A stretch of 64,000 bases of DNA, taken from assembly GCF_036321535.1 (NCBI RefSeq), contig NC_087438.1, positions 3,784,001 to 3,848,000 of the forward strand, given 5' to 3'. The position numbers were made by a program, and so were the translations under genes. This stretch comes from Camelus dromedarius. Its lineage: Eukaryota. Shown piece after piece: positions 48,250-59,260 of this stretch (positions are counted from its first letter, which is position 1; each line of letters opens with the position of its first letter). The notes below the pieces were generated by a model that was not told the origin of the DNA, did not search any database, and saw only the letters and a list, made by a program, of their open reading frames with translations.

Positions 48250-48937
48250 AAGGTTCATTTGCTGTCCTTCTCTGCTCAGCTCATACCCCTGTGAACTGCA
48301 CTGCACAGCCTCCCTTTTTTCTGGAACTAGTTGACTTTGATCAATGAGATTCTCTGGCAGATCTGAGGATAAAATAAGAGAAAGTTTAAGGTATGCCTTC
48401 TCCACTCCATCCCGTCTTTGGTGTCAGGGCTCGTAACATAGCTTCAGTCTTCTGTGATTACCTAGAGACTCCCACTCTATGATTCCATCTTTCTTTTCTT
48501 TTTTTTAAAAATTTTTTATTGATTTATAATCATTTTACAATGTTGTGTCAAATTCTAGTGTAGAGCACAATTTTTCAGTTATACATGAACAAATATATAT
48601 TCATTGTCACGTTTTATTTCTCTGTGAGCTACCACAAGATCTTGTATATATTTCCCTGTGCTATATAGTATAATCTTGTTTATCTATTCCACATTTTGAC
48701 TGGGATTTCAAAATGATTCCATCTTTCAATGAGCTCTGGCAACAAAATTTCTTCCCCTAGTCCCTTCAGATCAAGAGATGGAAATGAATTCTCCTTGTCA
48801 GATTCTGACGGTCTTAGCAAACATCACCTGTTAGTTTGTTTAATCTGCCCACACCTCTGTAAGGAGTCCTTCCATTAGACTCTCTTTCTAAACCATTTCA
48901 GATGAATTCTATTTCCTGCCAGACTCTGATCAACACT
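48250..48937 (+). mobile_element. LTR33-type ERVL LTR interrupted by a young L1
   Basis: ctgcccacacctctgtaaggagtccttccattagactctct, tttcctgccagactctgatcaacac. Confidence 0.65.
48479..48727 (-). mobile_element. Young L1 3' end with 15-bp TSD and 18-nt 5' micro-inversion
   Basis: TSD atgattccatctttc at 48479-48493 and 48713-48727; antisense body to 48699; sense gactgggatttcaaaatg at 48698-48715. Confidence 0.92.
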
Positions 48938-49019
48938 CCCACTCCTAAAAAAGTGAATGCTGGGTGGCTAAAATTGTATCCTCTCTGTCACCCACTGTGC
49001 ATAGCAGCCCCATCGTATT

Positions 49020-49220
49020 GCCATATTTTAATTTTCTGCATAGTACTCACAGGATACTTTTATTACATATTTGTTTATTATGTCTTTCACCCACAGAATG
49101 TAAAATCTTTGAGAATAAAGACTTACTCTGACTTTTCTAACCTGGTGGTCCCATTACCTAGAGAAATACCTGGTATGCAGTTGATACAATAAGACCTCAA
49201 TAAATATCTCTTGAATGACA
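49020..49220 (+). mobile_element. L2a 3' end
   Basis: agaatgtaaaatctttgagaataaagac...cctaga...cctggtat...cctcaataaatatctcttgaatga. Confidence 0.8.
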
Positions 49221-50779
49221 TAAATAACTTTGTGGAGACACATATAAAAGTAGTTTTTATGACTTCGAGTTGCAAGTTCTGGGACTCAGAGGGTCTAAAC
49301 CCCACTGAAATATATAGACACGTAAATTCCCAATTATTAAGAGATTGCTTGAATATATATTTAAATAGTAATTTTTTTCAAGACCCTTTACCTGGCTCAA
49401 AATATTGATGTGTTGAAACTGATACAGTTAAAGATACTTCCCCTTTGAACTTGAGGCCAGTTTCTCTCATTACAGAATTCTGAAGTAGTGAAGCCAGCTC
49501 TGTTTGGAGAGTCAAGCTTACTGGGAGAAACACATACTGTTAAAAAAAAATTTTGCATAGAAATGAAAGATCATACAATCTATTCCTGGAAAATTATTCT
49601 GCTGATTCTAAGGCTCAAAAACAGAATGAGAGAAGAAAGGTCAGTCATGTGGTTCCTGGTGAATCAGCCTGCCATGCAGGGCAGAAGGATGAAGCCATGT
49701 CACTGCCACCCAGAGGATAATGGTGGTTCTGGAGTCTCCGAATTGAGGTCAAAGGTCATTTTTATCGGAGGAGATAAACAAGCATGTAACGCCCTCCTTG
49801 ACGGGTGCATAGCAATTTGATTGAAAAATAAATATTATACAAATGCTATGTTTTCTAACTCTGACACTCAGTCAGTATCTCCTGATTAATGCTGACTGAC
49901 CTGTTTCTCAGAGAATTCCATTTCAGAACATGACATTGCGCTGCAGGGAACATCTTGCCCTCGGAAACCCTTACTGATGAACAGAGCGTCTGCTGTGTCA
50001 TCAGTGGTTGCTCCTCTGTGGGTTCTCTGGTGTGTCCTGACCTAGGGTTTCGCAGGCTATTTATTATTTCTTTTCTGAGAAGCCCTATTTTAACACAAAT
50101 CTTATACACAATCCAAAGGGGATCACATGAGTTTCCTTTCTGTATGGGGGTTCTCCCATGTCGAGTAACACTCCCTTTGTTGAGCAGTGTTGAGCCTTCT
50201 GCCTGGATGGGTAGCGCCGGCTCGTCCAGATTTGGTGGATTACCTGGTGGTTTCATTAGTTAGCCTCACACGGCCAAGATCTTACCTGCAGGGACGTCAG
50301 GCTTCCTGGAAGAGTCAATGTGTCCCGTTTCAGTCTTGGGAGAAGGAAGCAGCAGAACTGAAGGGAAAGCATCGACACAGGAAAGAGGAAATCCTCGGGC
50401 CTGATGGAGAGAAAGTGAGTCCTGCTGGGGAGCCAGGCCTGGGAGCTGGAACGCTTCTGCTGATCAGCTGGAGGCCCCCGTGCTGGAGCGGGGACACTGC
50501 ATCCTTCCTGCCCCAGACGCCTCTGTCCAGATCCAGGCCTCCTGCCCTCCCACCTGGGGAATCTCCATGTCTCATCCATATCTTGCCCTTCATGACCCCT
50601 CCCCTGCTGAGTGTCCTCTGGGCCCCGGCTTCAGACGGTTTTCACATCTCCACCTCTTGCCTCTACCATAGGTGAGTTAAACTGGAATAACAACACCCAG
50701 GTCACGTGGCCTGAAGAACTAGCGAGAACAACACACGCAAAGTGCCCTGTTGAAGGCAGAGTACATTTCACATACAGAA

Positions 50780-51080
50780 TGTGCACGAGTGAGACCCTCT
50801 CTCCACAAGCCTCAGTTTCCTGTGTGTTACTACGAGACTTAACTTTACCCAGTGCTTCCAGTACACTGTTCATTTCTCTCTGTGTTTCAGGAGTACAAAT
50901 ACCTATCGAAAGAGTAAATAGATTAAGTGAAGTAATCCTCGTAGCGTTATGATGCAGCTGGTCTAACTTCATTCATCTTACAATGAATATGTTGTGGCAC
51001 CGATAGGTTGACTCACTTCCCCGTGGTTACCCATCCAGAAGGGAGAGAGCTGGATTTGAACCAGGCCTTCTGCTTTGAAC
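50780..51080. mobile_element. MIR fragments, both orientations
   Basis: aagcctcagtttcct; gattaagtgaagtaat; gagctggatttgaaccagg. Confidence 0.55.
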
Positions 51081-51699
51081 AATTATGCTCATTTATTTTA
51101 TGACAATGGCACCACTATGGGCATGCAGGTGGTGGTGGGCAGGACCTTCTCCCAGGCCCTGCTGCAGGAGTCTGAGCTGGCAGGGCAGCAGCTGACACCT
51201 GGGGCCACGCTGGACACCAGTCTGCAGCCACCTCCAACCTCTCTGGCCGCAGCTTCTGGGAGGCACAGCAGATTTTTAGAGTCTCCAAGCTGGGCCCCGA
51301 GGAGGTCCAGAAGAGCTGTGAACACCTGTTCAAAGTGAACGATAAATCCTTGGTGACTCCTTCTACCTGCAGTCAAAGGTGGTCAGAGCAAAGGAGCTTG
51401 ATGGGGGCTCAGAATCCAGGCCCACGAGGACAGAGAAAAAGATGCCCCAAACAGGACCGCTCAGCTCCTCCCACTCCACCCTGCCCACCACTTCTGATTT
51501 ATAGCTCAGCAGTAAATGTCTTTTCCCTGCCACATGGGCAAAAGGCTTCAGAGTCACTTCTGGGACTTCCTTTGCCCTAAAATCCCAGTAAGAGTATTAT
51601 GAAGTCTCCTTCTGATGCCCTGACCCATTGTCATGCCGAAATAAATTTCTGAGCTCAAGAAGGAGCAGTCCCTGCCTGGGGAACCACATTAACAAACTG

Positions 51700-52432
51700 A
51701 AAATTAGATATCAGAATGTTTATAGCAGATTTGTGCCGAACAGACAAAAACTGGAAGTAGTGTGTGTGACCATCAGTAGAAGAAGGAAACACAAATACCA
51801 TGACATCCACACAGCGGAACTATACTCTCGTACTGTGGAATTATACTCAGCGAAAAAGGGAACAAGCTATTAACACATTGATTGCGAACAACAGGATGTG
51901 GAGTGAAAAAAGTCTTAGCCAAAAGTCCACGCTATGTGACATTCTGCAGCGGGCAAAACAATCTGTGGGAGGAGAAATCAGAATAGTGGCGCACCTGCGG
52001 GAACGCAGGCAAGGACTGACAGAGGCAACATTAGGGCTTTCTGGGGTGACGGCTGTGTTCTGGGTCTTGATGGGGGGGTGGGGTTAGAGAGGTGTCACAC
52101 ACTTACTGAAACTCAGTGAGTGTACACCTAAGGCGTGTACATTTCATCATGGGTCAGATTTACATAAAAGCATGCATGCAAGTATTGAGTTAATCCTACA
52201 GATGCTGACATTTTTAACGGAAAGTGTGATGTCTGCAAAATGTTTTGAAATGCATTAAAGAGAAAATAGTTTGATGGATGGAGGGAGGGAGGGATTGATG
52301 ACTGTGTGAAAAAGTAGGTAAAGTAAGTGTTAATGGTGGAACCTAGGTGATGAGTGGATGGGCATTCATGACAGAAGCCAGTCCATTTTGCTGTCTGTTT
52401 GAAAATTTTTGTAATAAAATGCTGGGGAAAAA
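51700..52432 (+). mobile_element. Old L1ME/L1MD 3' end
   Basis: gaatgtttatagcag, gagtgaaaaaagtc, agaaatcagaatagtgg, ctgtttgaaaatttttgtaataaaatgctggggaaaaa. Confidence 0.85.
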
Positions 52433-52543
52433 GGAGATCCCACAGCAATCTTCTTTCACTGCTTTTGAGACTTTTGAGATTTCTCTTTAATTCTCTTTAA
52501 TCCCCCATGCAGAATGCCTATGGCATGAGAGTAGTCATAGGTG

Positions 52544-52940
52544 AGTGTTTCTCACAGTGTGGCCGGGAATCCACCCTGAGACCTTGAGGGACCGGCAAGG
52601 TCAAAACCATTTCCATAATAACACTAAGATGTTACTTGCTTTTAAAAAACTCATTCTTTCATGAGTGTGCAATGGAAATGTTTAGATTTGTGGCATCTCA
52701 GTAGATTAAATCCAGAAGCAGCTCGAGAAGCCAGCTGACTTCTATTAAGTGAGACAATAAAAAAAAATTGTAAAAATGTAAAACGATTCCATCTTCTCCC
52801 TAATTTGTGGTTGTTTTGGAAAATATAGTTATTTTTGACAGCAATATGTATGTTAACATGTTATGGTTTTACTTTGCCGTTTTAAACTACATGAATAAAT
52901 ATTTTATAAAGGTCACAGTTTTACTAATATTGTAAATAAC
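52544..52940. mobile_element. Charlie-family hAT DNA transposon remnant
   Basis: gtcaaaaccatttccataataacactaagatgtta, agaagcag...ccagctgacttctattaag, tgtaaaaatgtaaaac. Confidence 0.75.
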
Positions 52941-55899
52941 AATTCTTAGCAGCAGAAGTTAAAATCCAGATCGTGTTAATCACGAGGATTTCCTCAGCAA
53001 AGTTTACATTAGTTTTATTCGCACAGTTGGAGGTAGGGAGCCCTCAGTACGTGTTAAGGGAGCAAGATATCCTGAGAGCAGAAAGCTTGAACATCTCTGT
53101 GATTCATGAAGGTCAGGAGGGCCTGTGGCAGCCTCCTCCATTCTAGCATCGCATTCCTTGACCTCTCTGGGAAGTGAGATTCCGACGGTACCAACCTCAC
53201 TTGGATGGGAGAGGACCAAAGGGCTGGCAGTCCTTGGAGATGCCGAGTATTAGAGGGGTATTTGCAAAAAACAAAGCAAAGCTCGTGTTCATATTATTTG
53301 CACATACATTTTCCCTCTTCTCACGTATCACAGCCTCCCCGAGGAAGGGAGATACATCTTCACACTTTCATCTTTGCATCCCCACTGGAGGGAGCCGTCA
53401 CACAATACCCCGCAGGCCTGCAAGTCAGATAAAGGCGGACAGACGTGATGATTTCCCTCCCCACGTGCCCCAGGGCCAGGCACAGAGCAGCTCTTCAACA
53501 AGTATTTACAGAGTGAATTAACACATACATACATTAATACAATGGCCCCCATTTTATCTAATAGGAAGTTGAGAACTATAAAAAATTCTCCAGGGGACTT
53601 ATTTGTTACGTTCACGTGTGCAGGTATTAAACAGAGCCATGCTTGAAACAACGCGTCTAAAAGGGACCCTAAGGAAACTTCTTAATAAAGAAAGAAGAGT
53701 GACTTCCAGTTAGGATGCCAAGTGTTTTTAAGTAAATAGATGCTTCTAGACACTTGAAGGTGCTTGAAAACAGTGTTCATCTTAGCATTCTGAGTATTTG
53801 CTTGAAATATTATTTCTCCTACAAGTTTCTCTAATAGGTACTCTTCAAATGAAGTGCAAAATTAACTTTAAGTTCTAGCTCTGGCTCGACTGTTAAGTTC
53901 AGGATAGGAGTCAGTTGCCATCGCGGAAGACAGAGTCCTCACGTACGCACTTGCATGGAGATAATTTGCCCAAGTGACCACGAACATGCTGGAAGAAGCC
54001 ACAACTGTCAGTAAGCACTGATATTGCAAAGAAAAGGCTCTGTTCCTTGGGCTGTCTCACCCAGAACCAGAACCAGAACTGGAACCGATGCCTCAGGGTC
54101 CTTCACAATATAGAAAACTGGGAAAGGGGAGGGAGAAACTAGGGGACACAGCTTCACGTCTGATTCCAGCTCTGCGAGAGAAATTTTGCAGAAGTTTGAT
54201 GGTTAAAATACAGCTGGTTTCCAATCACTACAGTTTGGAATTGCCTATTACAATGCTCATGCTATGATGGCAAATCTGCTAAGAACTTTTAATTCTAGAA
54301 AAATCTGACAAAAATAAATTATGGACAGAGTATGCATTGATACAAACCGCCTTAATTTACTGCACATTAATTTCAAAATGAACAGACATCTAAGAAAGCA
54401 AAGTCTTTCAGGTCCGTCTCCTGACACAATTATTTGAGTTGATGGAACTTCGATGGAACCACCGTAATGAGTGCTGGGCCCACACAGAAACGGTCCTGGT
54501 GAAGAGCCCATAAGCACCAGCCCGTCAATGCTGCTGACACTGGTTTCCACGGCAGAGGCTTCCTGCTTACTGTGCTCAGAGCTGCTTTTAGGTGCCTGAG
54601 ACCCGCTGTGTGCTGCCATACGCTTCTAGTTCTCTCCGCTCTGTTAGGTGGGACTCAATGTCCGAAAGTCTTCCTGGAGAAGGATGTCCTACGTTCACGT
54701 TATTCTAAGTCTGGCCCAAGAACTCTGCTCTTTGCCTCTTGCTTTCTCTCTTAGTTGAATGTCCTCCAGTACGTCCAGGAACCCTTCTGCTTATTTCGAG
54801 TCCTTTGTTCGTTTGTTATTGAGATCATTATTGTGCTAAAAAATTTCAGCATAGGGTAGTTCGGACTCTTAGATCAAGTGGGTCTCTGAGATGAGCTTTG
54901 CCAGCCTTCTGTGCACGGCCACCCCATCCCACCACCTGCGTCCACTGCAGCCTGGTCTTCTACGCTGGTGCACCCATCTCTTCTCCAACACTTGTCACCT
55001 CCCCAGGTACTGCCAGTCATCTGCTCACTCCTCTTCAGCAGAGCCAAGGTTAAGCTGGTAAAAATTAATCCCTGCCTCAGAGGAGACATTACCAGCGTGG
55101 AGCAGAGGGGAGGACGCGTCGCTACTCCTGCTCCCCGAGTCTCCTGCTTGCGTTCTCACAGAGCTCCTGAACTCTGCCCCCAGCCTGGCTCCTAGATCTT
55201 GTCTTCCACCTAGTTTTTGACCAGACCCTTGTCTTGACCCCAGTTGGTTCTGCATGTGATCTCACCTGATCCTGACTTCTGACTTTTTCTAATCTATTTC
55301 TAGCTTCCACGAAGTCTCCCCACCCCCCAATCTTCCCTGGACTCTTTGCCTTGATGCTCTAATGCCGGCCTCTCTTGTTTCATTTTATTCCCTTAGTGAC
55401 ACATCACTGTGAGCTCTGTGGGTTCCCCTTTTCCTTCTGAACTGCCTTAAAATTAAAGGAGGAAATAAGTTCCTAGAACATATACCATCTATATCTGTAT
55501 ATCTCACTCCCCAAACAAACACCACTTTCTTTTTGAAAAATTCTAGCATATGTAAATTTCTCCCTTTACATCTTCCACAATCCACAAGAACTTGAATTGC
55601 AATGTTTTCAAACGGCTATTCAGTCTGTTGGGGAGAGGCCATAGACACAGAAGCGCCTCCGGCATTTGGAGAGAGACACAGCACGGGGCTTCCTGTCCAC
55701 AGAGCATTTTGTAGTAATAAATAATAATTACAACTTGCTGAGCATTTAGTTTTTGAAAGTGGATTATAACTAATACTATTTTCCTTTAGCTCATGTCTTT
55801 ATTGCTCATTGTGGTGGACAGAAAGCATTTCAAGTTTTTCCTATCAGTTTTCCTCCAGAGGTCTTCCATTCCTCAATCCATTCCACTCTTCTTAATTAA

Positions 55900-56060
55900 A
55901 TTCACTTCAGCCATTGTTTATTGACAATCCATTCTGTTATTCTCATTACAGGCAAAGCATCACAGTGAATAAAACATGGCACCTGCCCTTTAGAAGTTTA
56001 CAGACTTGGGGGGAGTATTTGGACAATTGGACAATTCAAATTCATTGCTGTGAAATGCCA
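55900..56060 (-). mobile_element. L2 3' fragment
   Basis: tttattga...cagtgaataaaacatggcacctgccctttagaagtttacagact. Confidence 0.65.
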
Positions 56061-56406
56061 CGTATGGACAGAGTTGAGCTGCCCCCGGAACATGTGCAGC
56101 CAAACCTGAAGGACGTAGAGTCTGAACCAAGAACACGCTCTCCTACCCTCGCCCCTCCTCGCAGTTGACTTGGAAGGGGGCTGCTCTGATGTTGCGCCTC
56201 TGTGACATTTTAGTAAAATCTTAATTTCTTTGTTGATCCTCTCACGTCTTCGGTGGCACTGCAGCACTACAGAAACATGCCACTGATTTTGCATGCCCAG
56301 CCTGAGATGCTATGCTATGCATGTTCCTGTGGGGTAAGAGCTGAATCACAGTTTTCTTGGGGGAAATAAAAAAAGCCGCACTAAATAATACATCATGGAA
56401 CATACC

Positions 56407-56881
56407 TGTGTTTGTTTCTTATTGCTGCTGCAACCTTACTGCAAAATTAGTGGGTTAAAACAACATAAATGCATTATCGTACAGCTCTGGTGGTCAGAAG
56501 CCTCACCAGGATAAAACCAAGATGTTGGCAGGGCTGCGTTCCTCCTGGAGCCTAGGGGGGAATCTGCCTCTTTGCTGCTTCTAGCTTGCAGACACTACCT
56601 GCATTGCGTGGTCCATGGCCCTCCGTCTGTAAAGCCAGCTTTAACATCTTCAGGTCGCTCTGTGACTCTGATTTCTGTTCCGTCCCTTTTTCCTACTTAT
56701 GAGGGCCCTGTTGATTATATTGGGTCCACTAGATAATTCAGGTTAATCTTCCAGTTTTAAGATCAACTGATCAGCACCCTTAATTCCATTTTACTGTAAT
56801 TCCCCTTTGCCGTATAATCTAGCATGTTTTGGGGATCAGGACGTGGGCGTCTTTGGAGGGAGCATTATTCTACCTACCACA
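56407..56881 (-). mobile_element. MLT1D/C-type MaLR solo LTR
   Basis: tattgctgctg, ttaaaacaacataaatgcattatc, gggctgcgttcct, gataattcaggttaatct, attattctacctaccaca end. Confidence 0.9.
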
Positions 56882-56956
56882 GCATTTATGATCCTTCTTG
56901 TTTTTAAACATTCCAGCATCCCACATGCACAACTGGTTTAAAAGCCTCTATAGTTT

Positions 56957-57790
56957 CTGCTTCTGATGCTGTTGTAATGTCTTCTTTCAGATCAACCCGC
57001 TACTGAAGACAACTAGAAAATCTTGACAAAAACCTTCAGATTTGCTTAAGTGCATCAGAGAACTACTTACGCAGCCAGAAATCACCATACAGTGTCCCTG
57101 AGGAATGCTCTGAGTCCAGCATTCTGTGATGCTTTGTAAGGAATTTGTTAATTTGTAAGCACTGCAAGACCCAGAAACCAAAGATCTGAGCAAAAAGCAG
57201 CAAACAAAGTCTGAGCATCTGAGCTAAGGTTGGTTCAGGCACAAAACTTGGAGTTTGAAGTTGCTAAGGCATCGAAGCCTTGAGGTACTAAAATCATGGA
57301 GAAAAGGGAAATGCATTAAGCTGAGAATGCCTCTCTGTCCGCTTCAGACATTTGCTGACCTTGGCAGATAGACATGGGAAAGAGGACGAAACGTGGTCTT
57401 CAGAAAAGAATGTGCCCCTGTAAACCCTCCAGGTTCTCAGGAAGGACCCCAGGACCAGGAAGTGAGAACTCAGTGTCAACCAGCTTAATCCAGTTCTGGA
57501 TCGCAGTGATCTGTTCATTCCATGGGTAGGAGGTTTGGAAGGGCCCACCTGTGGTCTCCTACTCATCATCCAGATGCCTTCTAAGTAAAGAAAAGTACAT
57601 CTTCACCAGAGGAAAATGACCACAGCAAGAGACTCACAGATTTCTACCAGTTTTCCATGCTCATTGTCAGGCGTCCTGTAAACAATTAGCAGGCCTCGCA
57701 TGAGGCAGAAACAAATTACTAAAACCCAAGAGACAACCTGGAAACAGATCCAGGGCCGTCCTCGCTGTCTTGGATTAGTCTCTCTGGAGA
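56957..57790 (+). mobile_element. Old L1M 5'-end region
   Basis: cagatcaacccgctactgaagacaactagaaaatcttgacaaaa; aacaattagcagg...gaggcagaaaca. Confidence 0.5.
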
Positions 57791-57794
57791 TGCC

Positions 57795-58045
57795 ATGAAA
57801 GATGAGGATAGTCGGCCCCATGGACAGACTCATGGGGCAGGAACTGAGGTCCTCAGCCCACAGCCTACAGCCCACTCACCCTCGTGTGCCTCGTGCCTTC
57901 AGATGTCTTTGGTCCCAGCTGACCGCTGATGGCACACACAGAGGAGACCACAGGTGGGCCCTTCCAAACCTCCTACCCATGGAAACCATGGGAGATAACA
58001 AAGGATTATTGTTGGGCACACTAAGCTTTGGGGAGATTTGTTACA
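57795..58045 (+). mobile_element. MLT1 LTR fragment
   Basis: gcaggaactgaggtcctcagccca, cctacccatggaaaccatgggagataa, ctaagctttgggagatttgttacaaagcattagg. Confidence 0.8.
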
Positions 58046-58064
58046 AAGCATTAGGTAAGTAACA

Positions 58065-58760
58065 CAACCCCCAGCAACCTGTCCTCACACGTGCACCGGA
58101 AGACCTGCACATAATGTTCTTAGTAACTTTATTTGCAATAGCCCCAAACTGGGAAAAAAAAGTAAAACTCAAATGACTGTCACCAGCAGAATGGATGAGG
58201 AAGCTGTGTCATGCTCATATCAAGGAATGCTACAAATCAGTGAAAACCAATAAACTGCTGCCACACACAGCAACACAGACACATTCCGCAAGTACAGTAA
58301 TTGAGCAAAGGCAGACTGGGATTTCAAAATGTAGAACAGATCAACAGGATTATAGTGTACAGCACAGGGGAATATATACAAGATCTTATCGTAGCTCATA
58401 GTGAAAAAATATGTGACAATGAATATATATATGTTCATGTATAACTGAAAAATTGTCCTCTACACTGGAATTTGACACAACATTGTAAAATGATTATAAA
58501 TCAATAAAAAAATGTTAAAAAATAATTGAGCAAAGTCTACATACTAGAGGATTCCATCAACACAAGATTCAAAAGTAGGCAAAACTCATTTACAGTGATG
58601 AAAGTCAGAATAGCGTTAACCTTTCAGGAGGAAGTAAACGGCCACTGGGAAGAGAACCAGGAAGGCTTCCAGGAGCTTACGAGATTCTATTTCTTTATGG
58701 GTCAGTGGCTGAAAAGAATTTCTTTATTTTTTGACAGTTTATTAAGCACTATAGGTTTTA
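58065..58760 (+). mobile_element. Old L1ME/MD 3' end hosting a young L1
   Basis: gcaatagccccaaactggg, cagcagaatggatga, aaagtaggcaaaact, gaaagtcagaatagcgttaacc. Confidence 0.8.
58298..58535 (+). mobile_element. Young L1 3' end with 13-bp TSD
   Basis: TSD taattgagcaaag at 58298-58310 and 58523-58535; body matches 8230-8440. Confidence 0.93.
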
Positions 58761-58899
58761 GAAACATAATACCTCTGTAAATTCATGGCAATGCTACGGA
58801 GAATGCATATAAGCAAGGAAATCAGACTATTTTGGCTAAGTAATAGCTCTTCTAGAAATTTCTCCATTTAAAAATAGAGTAGCTTGCCCTGAAGATACA

Positions 58900-59260
58900 G
58901 ACCCGCCATTTGATCAGAGAGCCTGGCTAGTGGAAGAGTCAGTTTTTCCGTCTTCAGCAGGCTCGCGCACCTGCAGCGCCCCCTGAGAGGGAACCAGATC
59001 GCGGCTGGTGGTGAGGAAGCCCCTGGCTCGAGCTCCGTGTGATGTGCCGTGGAGCCTGACAGTACCCCTGGCTGCTCAGCCCGTAGACGAAACACCAGCG
59101 ATGCCCCAAGGCGTGAAGCCTCCCCGGGCCCCAGAACCGCTGGTAATTGCTCGGAGCGGGCTCCTGTCACCCGGCGGCCGCCTGGCGTGAGGACGGCGCG
59201 GCCCTTCCCGCGGCACAACGTTGGCGTGATTCATGTGAAGGCCGTGGGGGTAAACGGGTG
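58900..59260. promoter_or_regulatory. Small CpG island with CTCF-like motif (58973-58990)
   Basis: 31 CpG counted in ~360 bp; minus strand cctctcAGGGGGCGCtgc matches the 3' core of the CTCF motif. Confidence 0.65.
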
